A stretch of DNA of 64,000 nucleotides from an uncultured Chloroflexia bacterium (GTDB lineage: Bacteria; Chloroflexota; Limnocylindria; Limnocylindrales; CSP1-4), in NCBI GenBank assembly GCA_963749705.1, contig CAVVNQ010000003.1, positions 288,001 to 352,000 on the forward strand, written 5' to 3'. Under the pieces are notes generated by a model that ran no database searches, was not told the DNA's origin, and saw nothing but the letters and a program-made list of their open reading frames with translations. Made by a program: the position numbers and the translations under genes. Below are positions 19,727-30,280 of this stretch, piece by piece. The stretch's first letter is position 1; each line of letters starts with the position of its first letter.

Positions 19727-20722
19727 GTGACCGCCGCCGACCACATCCACGCGCAGGCGCATGACGCCGTCGAGCGCCACGGCGGACGGTACGAGTCGAT
19801 CCTCGACGCCGTCGGTCATACGCCGCTGGTCGCGATCCCGCGGATGAGCCCCAACCCGCGCGTGGCGATCTACGCAAAGCTCGAGATGTACAACCCGACG
19901 GGGTCCGTCAAGGACCGCGCCGCGAAGTACCTCGTCGAGGACCTCGAGCGGCGCGGGCTGCTCCAGCCGGACTCGATCATCCTCGAGCCGACGTCGGGGA
20001 ACACCGGGATCGCGCTGGCCATGATCGGGCGGCGCAAGGGATACCGGGTGGCGCTGGTCATGCCCGACAACGTGACGATGGAGCGCCGCCAGGTGGCCGC
20101 CCTGTTCGGCGCCGAGATCATCGACTCGCCCGGGCGCCTCGGGTCCAACGGGGCGATTGCGATGGCCAAGGAGCTGTGCGCGAGCGATCCCCGGTTCGTG
20201 ATGCCCTACCAGTACGGCAACCCGGCCAACCCGCTGGCGCACTACGAGACGACCGGGCCGGAGATCCTGGCCGACTGCCCGGAGATCGACGTGTTCGTGG
20301 CGGGGCTGGGGACGTCGGGGACGCTGATGGGCACCGGGCGGTATCTGCGCGAGCACAAGCCGGGGGTAAGGATCGTCGCCGCGGAGCCGCTCCCCGGGGA
20401 AAACGTGCAGGGCCTGCGGTCGCTCGAGGAAGGCTTCGTGCCCGAGATCCTCGACCCCGAGATGCTCGATGCGAAGTACCTCGTGTCGAACCGGGATGCG
20501 GTCGCAGCCCTGCGGGACCTGGTGTTCCGGGAGGGCGTGTTCGCGGGCCCGTCCTGCGGCGCGGTGCTGGTCGCCGCGGCGCGCGAGGCCCGCACGATGG
20601 AGTCCGGCACGATCGTGGCGCTCCTGCCCGACGGCGGCTGGAAGTACCTCTCGGCCGGCACGTTCGAGCGCGCCCTGGACGAGATGGAGGACGATTTCGA
20701 GGGCGGGGTCAACTGGTGGTGA
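19727..20722 (+). CDS. cysM: PLP-dependent cysteine synthase (CysM-type)
   Basis: AKLEMYNPTGSVKDR, EPTSGNTG, GLGTSGT, DGGWKYLS; next to sulfur carrier and JAMM gene. Confidence 0.88.
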   Translation: MTAADHIHAQAHDAVERHGGRYESILDAVGHTPLVAIPRMSPNPRVAIYAKLEMYNPTGSVKDRAAKYLVEDLERRGLLQPDSIILEPTSGNTGIALAMIGRRKGYRVALVMPDNVTMERRQVAALFGAEIIDSPGRLGSNGAIAMAKELCASDPRFVMPYQYGNPANPLAHYETTGPEILADCPEIDVFVAGLGTSGTLMGTGRYLREHKPGVRIVAAEPLPGENVQGLRSLEEGFVPEILDPEMLDAKYLVSNRDAVAALRDLVFREGVFAGPSCGAVLVAAAREARTMESGTIVALLPDGGWKYLSAGTFERALDEMEDDFEGGVNWW

Positions 20723-21183
20723 GCCCGTCGTCTTCGCCTCAGGGTCCCTCGTCTGTCCGCCTGCCCCGCCGGATCGCGAATGCGATCGTGGACCAGGCGC
20801 GAGCCGAGTACCCGAACGAGGCGTGCGGGCTGGTGGTTGGGACCGCGCCGGCGGCCGACAACGGGACTCCGGTCCGCTACGAACCGTGCCGGAACAAGGC
20901 TGCGTCGCCGTATCGCTACGAGATCCACCCCGACGACCTGCTCCGGATCACCGTTGCGACGGACGATGCGGATGAGGTGTTCTGGGCGATCGTCCACTCG
21001 CACGTGAAGTCGCCGGCGGTGCCGTCCCCGACCGACATCGGGCTCGCGTTCTATCCCGACGCGCTGTACATCCTCGTGTCGCTCAGCGCGATCGAGGCCG
21101 AACCCGCCACGGGTGCCCCGTCCCTGCGTGCGTGGCGGATCGTGAACGGCGAGACGCACGAGGTCGGCCTGGAGGTCGTATGA
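20719..21183 (+). CDS. JAMM/M67 metalloprotease (Mec-like)
   Basis: PNEACG and HSH-x5-PS-x2-D motif. Confidence 0.9.
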   Translation: MSPSSSPQGPSSVRLPRRIANAIVDQARAEYPNEACGLVVGTAPAADNGTPVRYEPCRNKAASPYRYEIHPDDLLRITVATDDADEVFWAIVHSHVKSPAVPSPTDIGLAFYPDALYILVSLSAIEAEPATGAPSLRAWRIVNGETHEVGLEVV

Positions 21184-21741
21184 GCGTCGACCGGGACGCG
21201 TCCCACCCCGACCTGCCCGAGGGCGTCGCGGCGCTGACCGGGGCCCGTGTGCGACTTGTCCCGGCGACCGACGAGCACATCCCGGCGTTCACCAAGCTGT
21301 TCTCCGACCCGACCGTTCGACGCTGGTGGCCGGCACCCGATCCCGCCGCCGAAGCGCGCGAGCACGTGGCACCGGAGGCCAAGCGCGCCGTATGGGCGAT
21401 CGAGGCCGATTCCCAGGTCGTCGGCCTCATCCAGGCGTGGGAGGAGACCGAGCCTGGCTACCGGCACGCGGGGATCGACCTCTCGCTGCTCGGATCGGCG
21501 CAGGGGCTTGGGCTCGGCCCCGATGCCGTCCGAACGGTCGCCCGTTGGCTGTTCGAGCGTCCGACGGCATCACCGGATCACCATCGATCCCAGCGCGACC
21601 AACGACCACGCGATCCGGGCCTACGACAAGGTCGGGTTCCGGCCCGTCGGCGTGATGCGTCGCTATGAGCGCGGCCCGGACGGCACCTGGCACGACGGCC
21701 TCCTGATGGACCTGCTCCCCGAGGACCTGGCTGATGACTGA
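21180..21741 (+). CDS. GNAT acetyltransferase (AAC(6')-like) with a +1 frameshift at ~21555-21560
   Basis: N-part (RHAGIDL, GLGPDAVRTVARWLF) and C-part (HHRITIDP..N..AIRAY.KVGF.PVGVMR.YER) are in adjacent frames. Confidence 0.82.
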
Positions 21742-22198
21742 GCCGCTCGATCGCGCCCGTGAACGCATCGACCTCGGCCGCAAACCGGTCGACCGCGGCC
21801 GTCTCGGATGGCTCGCGTTCGGGCTCCTGGCGTTCGGGGGCGGAAGCCTGCTCGGCTGGAACGGCTCGCTGCTCGAGGCGCTGGCGACACCGCCCGCCCT
21901 CGTCCGGGCGGGCCTCGTGGGCGCCGCGGTCGTCGTCGGGCTCGCCCTGGTCGCACGCGCCGTGCAATCGCTCGAGACCGGTCGCGGCCGGGCGACCGGC
22001 GAGCTCGGCGCCCGGGACCTGGCCGCCCTCGTCCGTGGCGCGCGATACGTCTTCCTCGCGGTCGCGGCCTTCGCCGCAGCCATCGGCTGGCTCGTCGGCC
22101 ACCCGCTTCCGTTCGTCGTTGCGCTCGTCATCGCCGGTGTCGACGTGCTCGAGACGTCCTTCCTGATGCTCGTGGTCACCCTGCGTCGCGATCTCTAG
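21734..22198 (+). CDS. Hypothetical membrane protein (about 4 TM)
   Basis: Hydrophobic segments; overlaps the upstream stop. Confidence 0.7.
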   Translation: MTEPLDRARERIDLGRKPVDRGRLGWLAFGLLAFGGGSLLGWNGSLLEALATPPALVRAGLVGAAVVVGLALVARAVQSLETGRGRATGELGARDLAALVRGARYVFLAVAAFAAAIGWLVGHPLPFVVALVIAGVDVLETSFLMLVVTLRRDL

Positions 22199-22211
22199 GC
22201 CGGCGCGCGGC

Positions 22212-22364
22212 GAAAACCACCCCGGTTCCTGATGAGCGTCGCCGCATCACCCGGGGGCGGCGGCGGGGCGGGTGAGGCTCGGCCCGACATGGCGTCCCGA
22301 CCGCCGACGCAGTCCCGAACCAATCACTCCCACCTGCGATGAGCGTCGCCGCATCACCCCGAGG
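22212..22364 (+). repeat. Two direct copies of a ~45-bp repeat with palindromic core GATGAGCGTCGCCGCATCAC
   Basis: Identical 20-mer cores at 22231-22250 and 22338-22357. Confidence 0.85.
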
Positions 22365-22431
22365 TGCCGCCCGCCCGCTGGAAGGACGGCCGCTGATCCG
22401 AGCGCGCCCCTCGAGGTCGGCAAGTGAGATC

Positions 22432-22725
22432 TCACCTTGGTTCACGTGCGTCGGCAGCCACATCACGCGGGAGACGCAAGATCACCGGTGGCGGCGGCAT
22501 CGGCCCCATCGAACCCCGGTCGGAGAGCTCGTCGAGCACGAGCACGAGCCGCGCCAGGCGATGCGATCCGAGCCCTTCCAGGCCGCGCTCGGCCCGCGAC
22601 AGCCCACCCTGATCGACGCCCGCCTGGGACGCCAGTGACCGCTGGGATACGCCTGCCTGGCGTCGCCAGCGCGCGATCCATGCCCCCAATACGATCCTGG
22701 CCGCGGCATCGTCGAGGTCCCACAT
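22432..22725 (-). CDS. Small XRE-family HTH protein
   Basis: LGAWIARWRRQAGVSQRSLASQAGVDQGGLSRAERG. Confidence 0.75.
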   Translation of the reverse strand: MWDLDDAAARIVLGAWIARWRRQAGVSQRSLASQAGVDQGGLSRAERGLEGLGSHRLARLVLVLDELSDRGSMGPMPPPPVILRLPRDVAADAREPR

Positions 22726-22783
22726 CGGCGAATCACAGCACGCGTCTCTTACCCGCGACTTCCGAGCTGCCCACTCGCACGAC

Positions 22784-22941
22784 GTGATGCGCGGACGCTC
22801 ATCGCGGACGGCAGTGACTTGGCCAGCGCCTGATCACATGCCGTCGCCGGCGCCAGCCTGACCTCCACCTGCAATGGCCTTGAGGCCATCCTCCCACCCG
22901 AGGTGATGCGCCGACGCTCATCGAGGACGGCAGTGAGTTCC
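22784..22941 (-). repeat. Two inverted copies of the same repeat
   Basis: Reverse-strand cores GATGAGCGTCCGCGCATCAC (22784-22803) and GATGAGCGTCGGCGCATCAC (22903-22922), both preceded by TCACTGCCGTCC. Confidence 0.85.
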
Positions 22942-23045
22942 CGACCGACGAGAGCCGCGCGACCGACGGGGATCCGGAACGGTCGCGACCAAACCCATCC
23001 CGGAGGTAGGCTTGGCCGTGGACCCCATCGAACCGGAGGAGACGC

Positions 23046-25443
23046 ATGAGCGCCGGTGACACCCGCCCGACATCGACCCCTGCGGGACCACTTTCCGAGG
23101 ACGAGCTGCGCCGGATCGACGCCTACTGGCGCGCCGCCAACTACCTCTCCGTCGGTCAGATCTACCTGCTGGACAACCCGCTGCTTCGCGAACCCCTGGG
23201 ACCCCGGCACGTGAAGCCCAGGCTGCTGGGCCACTGGGGGACGACACCGGGCCTGAACTTCATCTACGCCCACATGAACCGGGTGATCCGGAACTGGGAC
23301 CTGGACGCGATCTACATCACCGGGCCCGGGCACGGCGGCCCCGCGATCGTGGCCAATGCCTATCTCGAGGGCACGTACAGCGAGGTCTACCCCAGCATCA
23401 CCCGGGACGAGGACGGAATGCGGCGGCTGTTCCGCCAGTTCTCGTTCCCGGGCGGGATCCCGAGCCACGTCGCGCCCGAGACGCCGGGATCGATCCACGA
23501 GGGGGGCGAGCTCGGGTACGCGCTGTCGCACGCCTACGGCGCCGCGTTCGACAACCCGGACCTCGTCGTGTGCGCGGTGGTCGGCGACGGGGAGGCGGAG
23601 ACGGGGCCGCTGGCCACGAGCTGGCACTCCAACAAGTTCGTGAACCCGGTCCGCGACGGAGCGGTCCTGCCCATCCTCCACCTGAACGGCTACAAGATCG
23701 CCAACCCGACGGTGCTCGCGCGCATCCCGCAGGCGGAGCTCCAGGCCCTCATGGAGGGCTACGGCCACAAGCCGTACTTCGTCGAGGGCGACGACCCGGC
23801 CAGCGTCCACCAGCAGCTCGCGGCGACGATGGACACGGTGATCGAGGAGATCCAGGCGATCCAGAAGGCGGCCCGCGAGGGTGGCGTCACGGAGCGCCCG
23901 CGGTGGCCGATGATCGTGTTCAAGACGCCCAAGGGCTGGACGGGCCCGAAGGAGGTCGACGGCAAGCCGGTCGAGGGGACGTGGCGGTCGCACCAGGTCC
24001 CGATGGCCGAGGTTCGGACGAACGAGGACCACCGCGCCATCCTCGAGGCGTGGCTGCGGAGCTACCACCCCGAGGAGCTGTTCGACGAAACCGGCGCGCT
24101 GATCCCCGAGCTCGCATCGCTGCCGCCCAAGAGCTACCGGCGGATGAGCGCCAACCCCGTCGCCAACGGCGGCGAGCTGCTCCGCGACCTGGTCCTGCCG
24201 GACTTCCGCGACTACGCCGTCGACGTGCCGTCACCCGGCGCGACGACCTCCGAGGCGACCCGGGTCCTCGGCACCTACCTGCGCGACGTGATCGACCACA
24301 ACCGTGAGACGTTCCGCGTGTTCGGACCCGACGAGACGCAGTCGAACCGGCTGGGAGCCGTGTTCGAGGCGACCGACCGCCAGTTCGACGCCGAGATCCT
24401 GCCCACCGACGAGTCCCAGGCGCCGGAAGGCCGGGTGATGGAGGTCCTCTCGGAGCACCAGTGCCAGGGCTGGCTCGAGGGCTACCTGCTCACCGGCCGA
24501 CACGGCCTGTTCAACTGCTACGAGGCGTTCATCCACATCGTCGACTCGATGTTCAACCAGCATGCGAAGTGGCTCAAGGTGACCCGGGACATCCCGTGGC
24601 GGCGCCCGATCGCCTCGCTCAACTACGTGCTCAGCTCGCTCGTCTGGCGGCAGGACCACAACGGGTTCTCGCACCAGGACCCGGGCTTCATCGATCACGT
24701 GGTCAACAAGAAGGCCGACGTCATCCGCGTCTACCTGCCGCCGGACGCGAACACGCTCCTGTCGGTCGGGGATCACTGCCTGCGCAGCCGCCACTACGTC
24801 AACGTGATCGTCGCCGGCAAGCAGCCGGCCCCGAACTGGCTGGCCGATGGACCAGGCGATCCTCCACTGCACCCGCGGGATCGGGATCTGGGACTGGGCG
24901 AGCAACGACCAGGGCGGCGAGCCGGACGTCGTCATCGCATGCGCCGGGGACATCCCGACCCTCGAGGCGCTGGCCGCCGTCGACCTGATCCGCACCCACC
25001 TGCCGGAGCTCAAGGTCCGGTTCATCAACGTCGTGGACCTGATGCGGCTCCAGGACGAGAAGGAGCACCCGCACGGGCTGTCCAACGCCGAGTTCGATGC
25101 GCTGTTCACGACGGACAAGCCGATCGTGTTCGCCTATCACGGCTACCCGTGGCTGATCCACCGCCTCACCTACCGCCGGACGAACCATGCCAACCTGCAC
25201 GTCCGCGGCTACAAGGAGGAAGGGACGACGACCACGCCGTTCGACATGGTGATGCTCAACGACCTCGACCGGTTCCACCTCGTGATCGACGCGATCGACC
25301 GGGTTCCGGGTCTCGGACCAAGGGCCGGCCACGTGCGCCAGCTGATGGTCGACAAGCGGATCGAGGCCCGGGCGTACACCCGGCTCGAGGGCGAGGACGC
25401 GCCCGAGATCGCGAACTGGGCCTGGCCGCAGCCGGCCGGCTGA
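23046..25443 (+). CDS. xfp: Xylulose-5-P/fructose-6-P phosphoketolase with a +1 frameshift at ~24843-24846
   Basis: [43 protein letters not shown]; C-terminal part ([15 protein letters not shown]) in the next frame. Confidence 0.95.
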
Positions 25444-26571
25444 ATGACGCGATCAGCCCTTCCCGGCGGCGGGCGGATCCTCGTCGTCAACGCGGGATCG
25501 AGCAGCCTCAAGCTGCGGGTCCTCGACGATGGCGACGAGCTCGTGGGGTCCGCGGACCTGCCCGCGCCGAGGGGATCGACCGACGCGGCGGAGGTCGAGG
25601 CTGCGATCCGCGGCTTCGGTGCGGTCGCGGCGGTGGGCCATCGGATCGTGCACGGTGGGACGGTGTTCTCGAGCCCGGTCCGGATCGATGCCCGGGTGAT
25701 CGCCCGCCTCGAGGCCCTCACGGACCTCGCGCCGCTCCACCAGCCAAAGTCGCTCGCGGCCCTCGCGGCGGTCAGCGCGGTCATCCCCGACGTGCCCGCC
25801 GTCGCGTGCTTCGACACCGCGTTCCACGCCACGCTGCCGGCGGCCGCGTCCACGTACGCCCTGCCGCCCGAATGGCGCAAGCGCTGGGACCTGCGGCGAT
25901 ACGGGTTCCACGGTCTGTCGCACGCCTATGCGACGCGTCGCGCCGCACAGCTCCTCGGACGACCGGTCGCGGACCTCCGCCTGGTCACCTGCCACCTCGG
26001 CGCGGGTGCCTCGCTGGCCGCGGTCGCGGGCGGGCGCTCGGTCGACACGACGATGGGCTTCACACCGCTCGAGGGCCTGGTGATGGCGACCCGGTCCGGG
26101 AGCGTCGATCCGGGCCTCGTGCTGTGGCTTGCCGAGCACGTCGGGATGCCGCCGGCCGAGCTCGCCGCGACGCTCGAGCGCCGGTCGGGGCTGCTGGGGC
26201 TGGCCGGGACCTCGGACATGCGGGTGATCCTCGCCGGCGCCGCCGCCGGAACGCCAGATGCGGCCCTCGCGCTCGACGTCTACGTCCACCGGCTGCGGGG
26301 GTCGATCGCGGCGATGACCGCAGCGTTGGGCGGGCTCGATGCGCTCGTGTTCACCGGCGGCGTCGGCGAGCGGGCGCCGCGGGTCCGCGCGATGGCGGCC
26401 GACGGGCTCGGCTTCCTCGGCGTCACCCTCGATCCATCACGCAACGACGAAGGCTCCGCCGATCGCGAGATCTCGCCCGACGGCGCGGGCGTCCGGGTGC
26501 TCGTCCTCGAGGCGCGCGAGGACCTCGAGATCGCGCACGAGGTGCGCGACGTGCTCGGCGGGCAGGGTTAG
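25444..26571 (+). CDS. ackA: Acetate kinase
   Basis: [55 protein letters not shown]. Confidence 0.95.
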   Translation: MTRSALPGGGRILVVNAGSSSLKLRVLDDGDELVGSADLPAPRGSTDAAEVEAAIRGFGAVAAVGHRIVHGGTVFSSPVRIDARVIARLEALTDLAPLHQPKSLAALAAVSAVIPDVPAVACFDTAFHATLPAAASTYALPPEWRKRWDLRRYGFHGLSHAYATRRAAQLLGRPVADLRLVTCHLGAGASLAAVAGGRSVDTTMGFTPLEGLVMATRSGSVDPGLVLWLAEHVGMPPAELAATLERRSGLLGLAGTSDMRVILAGAAAGTPDAALALDVYVHRLRGSIAAMTAALGGLDALVFTGGVGERAPRVRAMAADGLGFLGVTLDPSRNDEGSADREISPDGAGVRVLVLEAREDLEIAHEVRDVLGGQG

Positions 26572-26611
26572 CCGGGGATCGGCGCCGGGAGGAGCGTTCA
26601 GCGGTGGTCGA

Positions 26612-27517
26612 TCAGCCCTTCCGCTCGCGAACCACCAGCACCGAGCACGGAGCATGGAGCAGCACGTTGCGGGCCACGCTGCCCAGCAACAGCCTCGCGA
26701 GCCCGGTATGGCCGCGGGTGCCCATCACGATCGTGCCGATCCCGCGCTCGCCGGCAAACCGCACGATCTCGCCCGCGGCGTCACCCTCGAGCACGACCGG
26801 CTGCGCGTCCATGCCCAGGCCGCCCAGGCGTCCGGCCGCGGTGTCGGCCTCGATCCTGGTCTCCTCGCGAGCCTCGTCGACCGACCGCGTGTAGGAGGCG
26901 AGCACCTGGTCGTACAGCCCGGGCGTGAACCCGGCCGCGACGGGCACGGCGGTCTCGGCCACGGTCAGCACCGTCAGCGCGCGATGCTCGAAGATCGGCC
27001 ACGTGGCCAGCACTTCCTCGGCCGCGCGCGCTGAGCTCGAGCCGTCGTCGGCGAACGCGATCGGCCCCAGCGTCGCGCCGCGAGCGACGAGCACCGGGCA
27101 CGGGCCGTGATCGACGACCTCGGACGCCGTGCTGCCAAGGACCATCGTCGCGATCGTGCTGTGCCCCCGGCTGCCGACGACGATGAGGTCGGCCTCCATC
27201 CCCCGCCCCTCATCGACGATCGCGCTGGCGGGGCGGCCGCGAAGCAGGAACCCCTCCACCTTCGCGCCCGTTCGTTCGAGCGTCCGCTCGGCCCGGTCGA
27301 TCGCCTCGCGATGGTGGCGGGCCTCGACCTCCTCCTCGGTCTCGTGGGAGCGCGGTCCGGGCCCCGAGGACGCCCACGCGAGCGCCAGGACGTCGGCATA
27401 CGGCTGCTGGACGGAGACCACGCGGACGAGCGAGCCCGCGGGGAGCATGAAGCTGGCGACGAGCTCGGTCGCCCGGTCGCTGGAGACCGAGCCATCGACG
27501 GCAAGCAGGATTCGCAT
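26612..27517 (-). CDS. Tandem universal stress protein
   Basis: [36 protein letters not shown]. Confidence 0.92.
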   Translation of the reverse strand: MRILLAVDGSVSSDRATELVASFMLPAGSLVRVVSVQQPYADVLALAWASSGPGPRSHETEEEVEARHHREAIDRAERTLERTGAKVEGFLLRGRPASAIVDEGRGMEADLIVVGSRGHSTIATMVLGSTASEVVDHGPCPVLVARGATLGPIAFADDGSSSARAAEEVLATWPIFEHRALTVLTVAETAVPVAAGFTPGLYDQVLASYTRSVDEAREETRIEADTAAGRLGGLGMDAQPVVLEGDAAGEIVRFAGERGIGTIVMGTRGHTGLARLLLGSVARNVLLHAPCSVLVVRERKG

Positions 27518-27677
27518 CGGGAACCTCCGATCTCCACCAATCGTCGTGCGGCCGCCGGCTGCCCGGATCGGCCGAACGGCCCGATCACCGAGCCCGTTAT
27601 GCCCGCTCCACGGCGGGCCTCCGGGACGGGCCGGCCGACCGGCGCGGTCGACTCGATGGTACGGCCCGCGGCCAGGC

Positions 27678-28484
27678 TCAGGCTCGCTCGAGCGCCGCGA
27701 GCAGGGCCAATTCGGTCGGGGTCGCCCCGAGCCCCAGCCGCTCGCCGAGCCGCGCCGCGAGCGGAGGCTCGAGGAACGTCGACGCGAGCGCCTCGGCGTG
27801 CTCCCCGGCGAACACGGACGCGGGTGGCCCGTCGAGGATCACCCGTCCCGACCGCATGACCACCACCCGCTCGAACGACTCGGCGACGAACCGCATGTCG
27901 TGGCTGATCGTGATCACGGTCCGGCCGCTCGACGCCAGGTCGCCGACGATGCGCTGGATCTGGGCCACGCCGCGCGCATCCTGGCCGGTCGTCGGCTCGT
28001 CGAGGATGACGACGGGCGTCTCCATGGCCAGGATCGACGCCAGCGCGAGCAGCTTGCGCCGCGAGTGGCCCAGGTCGTAGGGGTTGGTCCCGGCCTCGCC
28101 GGTCAGCCCGACCGCCTCGATCGCGGCGCCGACCGCGCGATCGAGATCCGCGCCGCGGCGGCCGAGGTTTCGCGCCCCGAACGAGACCTCGGCGCGAACC
28201 GAGCCGGCGAAGATCTGGCGATCGGGGTCCTGGAACACGAGGCCCGCCGTCGCGGCGAGGTGGGCGACCCGCCGATCGTGGATGTCCTCGCCGTCGTGGA
28301 GGACCTGTCCCTCGGTGGGCCGGAGCAGCCCGTTGAGATGGCGCACGAGCGTCGACTTGCCGCTGCCGTTGCGCCCGACGATCGCGACACGCTGTCCGTC
28401 GGGAATGTCCAGGTCGACGCCGTCGAGGGCTCGCGTGGTCCCCTCGTACACGTGGACCAGCCCGACGGTCGAGATCCGGGTCAC
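27678..28484 (-). CDS. ECF transporter ATPase (EcfA')
   Basis: GRNGSGKST, FQDPDRQIF, LDEPTTGQD, ISHDM. Confidence 0.9.
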   Translation of the reverse strand: MTRISTVGLVHVYEGTTRALDGVDLDIPDGQRVAIVGRNGSGKSTLVRHLNGLLRPTEGQVLHDGEDIHDRRVAHLAATAGLVFQDPDRQIFAGSVRAEVSFGARNLGRRGADLDRAVGAAIEAVGLTGEAGTNPYDLGHSRRKLLALASILAMETPVVILDEPTTGQDARGVAQIQRIVGDLASSGRTVITISHDMRFVAESFERVVVMRSGRVILDGPPASVFAGEHAEALASTFLEPPLAARLGERLGLGATPTELALLAALERA

Positions 28485-29419
28485 GACGCGTCCACCGTGG
28501 CATCGCGCCGTCCGGCGCGACCCGTGTCATCGGCGACCAGCGCTGCCAGCGCCCGGAGCACCCGCGGGTCACCCGTCGTGGGTCCCGCGGCGCCGCCGCC
28601 CTCCGCGACTCCGCCGGCGCGACCAGGACCACCGGGACCACCGGCACCACCGGCACCCGCGAGCGCGCGTTCCAGCCGGACCCGGGACGGCGGCTCCACG
28701 CCCAGCTCGGGCAGATCGGGCATCGCGAGCACCTCGCCCGCCGCCCCGTCTCGGACGATCCGTCCGGCATCCAGCACGACGACCCGGTCGCACAGCCCGT
28801 CGAGGAGGTCCGTCTTGTGCTCGGCGATCAGGAGCGCCGTGCCGCTCGCGGCCAGGCGCACCAGCGCCTCGCCCACGAGCCTCGTCCCCTCCGGATCCAG
28901 CTGTGCGGTCGGCTCGTCGAGCACGAGGTGGCGCGGCCGCATCGCGAGGATCGACGCGATCGCCACCAGCTGGGCCTGGCCACCGGACAGCCGCCCGGGG
29001 TCGCGCCTGGCGAGGTCCTCGATCCGGAGCGCCATGAGCGCCTCGCGGGTCCGGTCGAGGCTCTCGGCGACGTCCAGGCCCAGGTTGACCGGGCCCATGG
29101 CGACCTCCTCGAACACGGTGGCGGTGGTGCCCGAGCGCTGCGTGTTCGGGTTCTGGAACACGAGGCCGACGAGGGTCGCCAGCTCGTGCGTCCTGCGTCC
29201 CGTCGTCGGCTCGCCGTCGATCCGCACCTCGCCCCGCAGCGTTCCGCCGATCGAGGCCGGCGCGAGGCCGGACGCGACCAGGCACACGGTGGACTTGCCC
29301 GCCTCGTTGGGTCCGACCAGGCCCACGATCTCGCCGGCGTCGATGCGCAGGTCGACGTCCTGGAGCACCTGGCGGGCATAGCCCGGGTAGCGGTACCCGA
29401 CCGCGATCAGCTCGAGCAT
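28481..29419 (-). CDS. ECF transporter ATPase (EcfA)
   Basis: GPNEAGKST, FQNP, LSGGQ, LDEPTAQLDP, EHK. Confidence 0.9.
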   Translation of the reverse strand: MLELIAVGYRYPGYARQVLQDVDLRIDAGEIVGLVGPNEAGKSTVCLVASGLAPASIGGTLRGEVRIDGEPTTGRRTHELATLVGLVFQNPNTQRSGTTATVFEEVAMGPVNLGLDVAESLDRTREALMALRIEDLARRDPGRLSGGQAQLVAIASILAMRPRHLVLDEPTAQLDPEGTRLVGEALVRLAASGTALLIAEHKTDLLDGLCDRVVVLDAGRIVRDGAAGEVLAMPDLPELGVEPPSRVRLERALAGAGGAGGPGGPGRAGGVAEGGGAAGPTTGDPRVLRALAALVADDTGRAGRRDATVDAS

Positions 29420-30261
29420 CAGCGAATCGGGGGCACGAGGCCGGCCACCCGGCCGACCATGAACAGCAGAAAGGCGATGCCCAGCACCCACCGGATCACC
29501 TGCTGGCGGGGGCTGTCGGGCAGCGACCACAGCAGCTGCCGGCGCCCGGGGCGCCCGAATGCCCGCACCTCGAGCGCCAGGCTGCGCTCCTCGACCTCGG
29601 TCAGCGAGGACAGGATCACCGGACCGACCAGCGGCATCACGCCGCGCAGCCGGGCACGGATGCTGCCCTCCGTGTCCAGGCCGCGGGCGCGCTGCGCCGC
29701 CTGGATCGCGGCGGCGCGCTCGATCAGCAGCGGGATCGTCTCCAGCGTCGCGGCGGCAGCGAACGCCAGCCGCGGCGGCAGCCCGCGGCGCTCGATGTCG
29801 GTGACCAGGGCCCGGGGATCCGTGGTCAGGCCGAACAGGCCGAGAGCCATGGCGGCGACGAACAGCCGGACCAGGATCTGGCCCGCGAAGTCCACGCCCT
29901 CCGCCGTGGCATCGAACGGCCCGATGGTCAGCAGGACGGTCTGGCCCGCCCGCGTGAAGATCGAGACCAGGGCGACCGAGATCGCGATCGGCAGGCTCAC
30001 GGCCACGGCCACCCGCAGCAGGCGCAGCAGCAGGCGGGCGGCGAGCGCGCTGGGGACGACGATCCCCAGCAGCAGGGCCAGGGGCAGCAGGTAGCCGCCG
30101 GCGAAGAACGCCGTGAGCGTGACCGTGGCCGCCGCGACGGCCTTGGTCAGCGGGTTCAGCCGGTGGTACGCCGTGGGCATCGGCGGCACCAGCGACGCGA
30201 GGAACGCCCGGTCCTCGGAGGTCAGGCTCCGCGTCCCGGGCGTCCCGGCATCGGCTACCAC
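29419..30261 (-). CDS. ECF transporter T component
   Basis: LNPLTK, AQRARG and LEVRAF coupling motifs. Confidence 0.88.
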   Translation of the reverse strand: MVADAGTPGTRSLTSEDRAFLASLVPPMPTAYHRLNPLTKAVAAATVTLTAFFAGGYLLPLALLLGIVVPSALAARLLLRLLRVAVAVSLPIAISVALVSIFTRAGQTVLLTIGPFDATAEGVDFAGQILVRLFVAAMALGLFGLTTDPRALVTDIERRGLPPRLAFAAAATLETIPLLIERAAAIQAAQRARGLDTEGSIRARLRGVMPLVGPVILSSLTEVEERSLALEVRAFGRPGRRQLLWSLPDSPRQQVIRWVLGIAFLLFMVGRVAGLVPPIR

Positions 30262-30280
30262 GTCGCCCGGGGCGATCGGG

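Noticed and set aside
22212-22941. CRISPR array
   Set aside because: Only 2+2 units in opposite orientations, spacing over 100 bp, no cas genes
16350-24850. Programmed ribosomal frameshifting in sufS, GNAT and xfp
   Set aside because: No common slippery sequence or stimulator; indel error is simpler
23046-26894. 1282-aa phosphoketolase fusion in the ORF track
   Set aside because: Sequence after ~24845 is out-of-frame text caused by the frameshift; the true xfp C-terminus and ackA are in another frame
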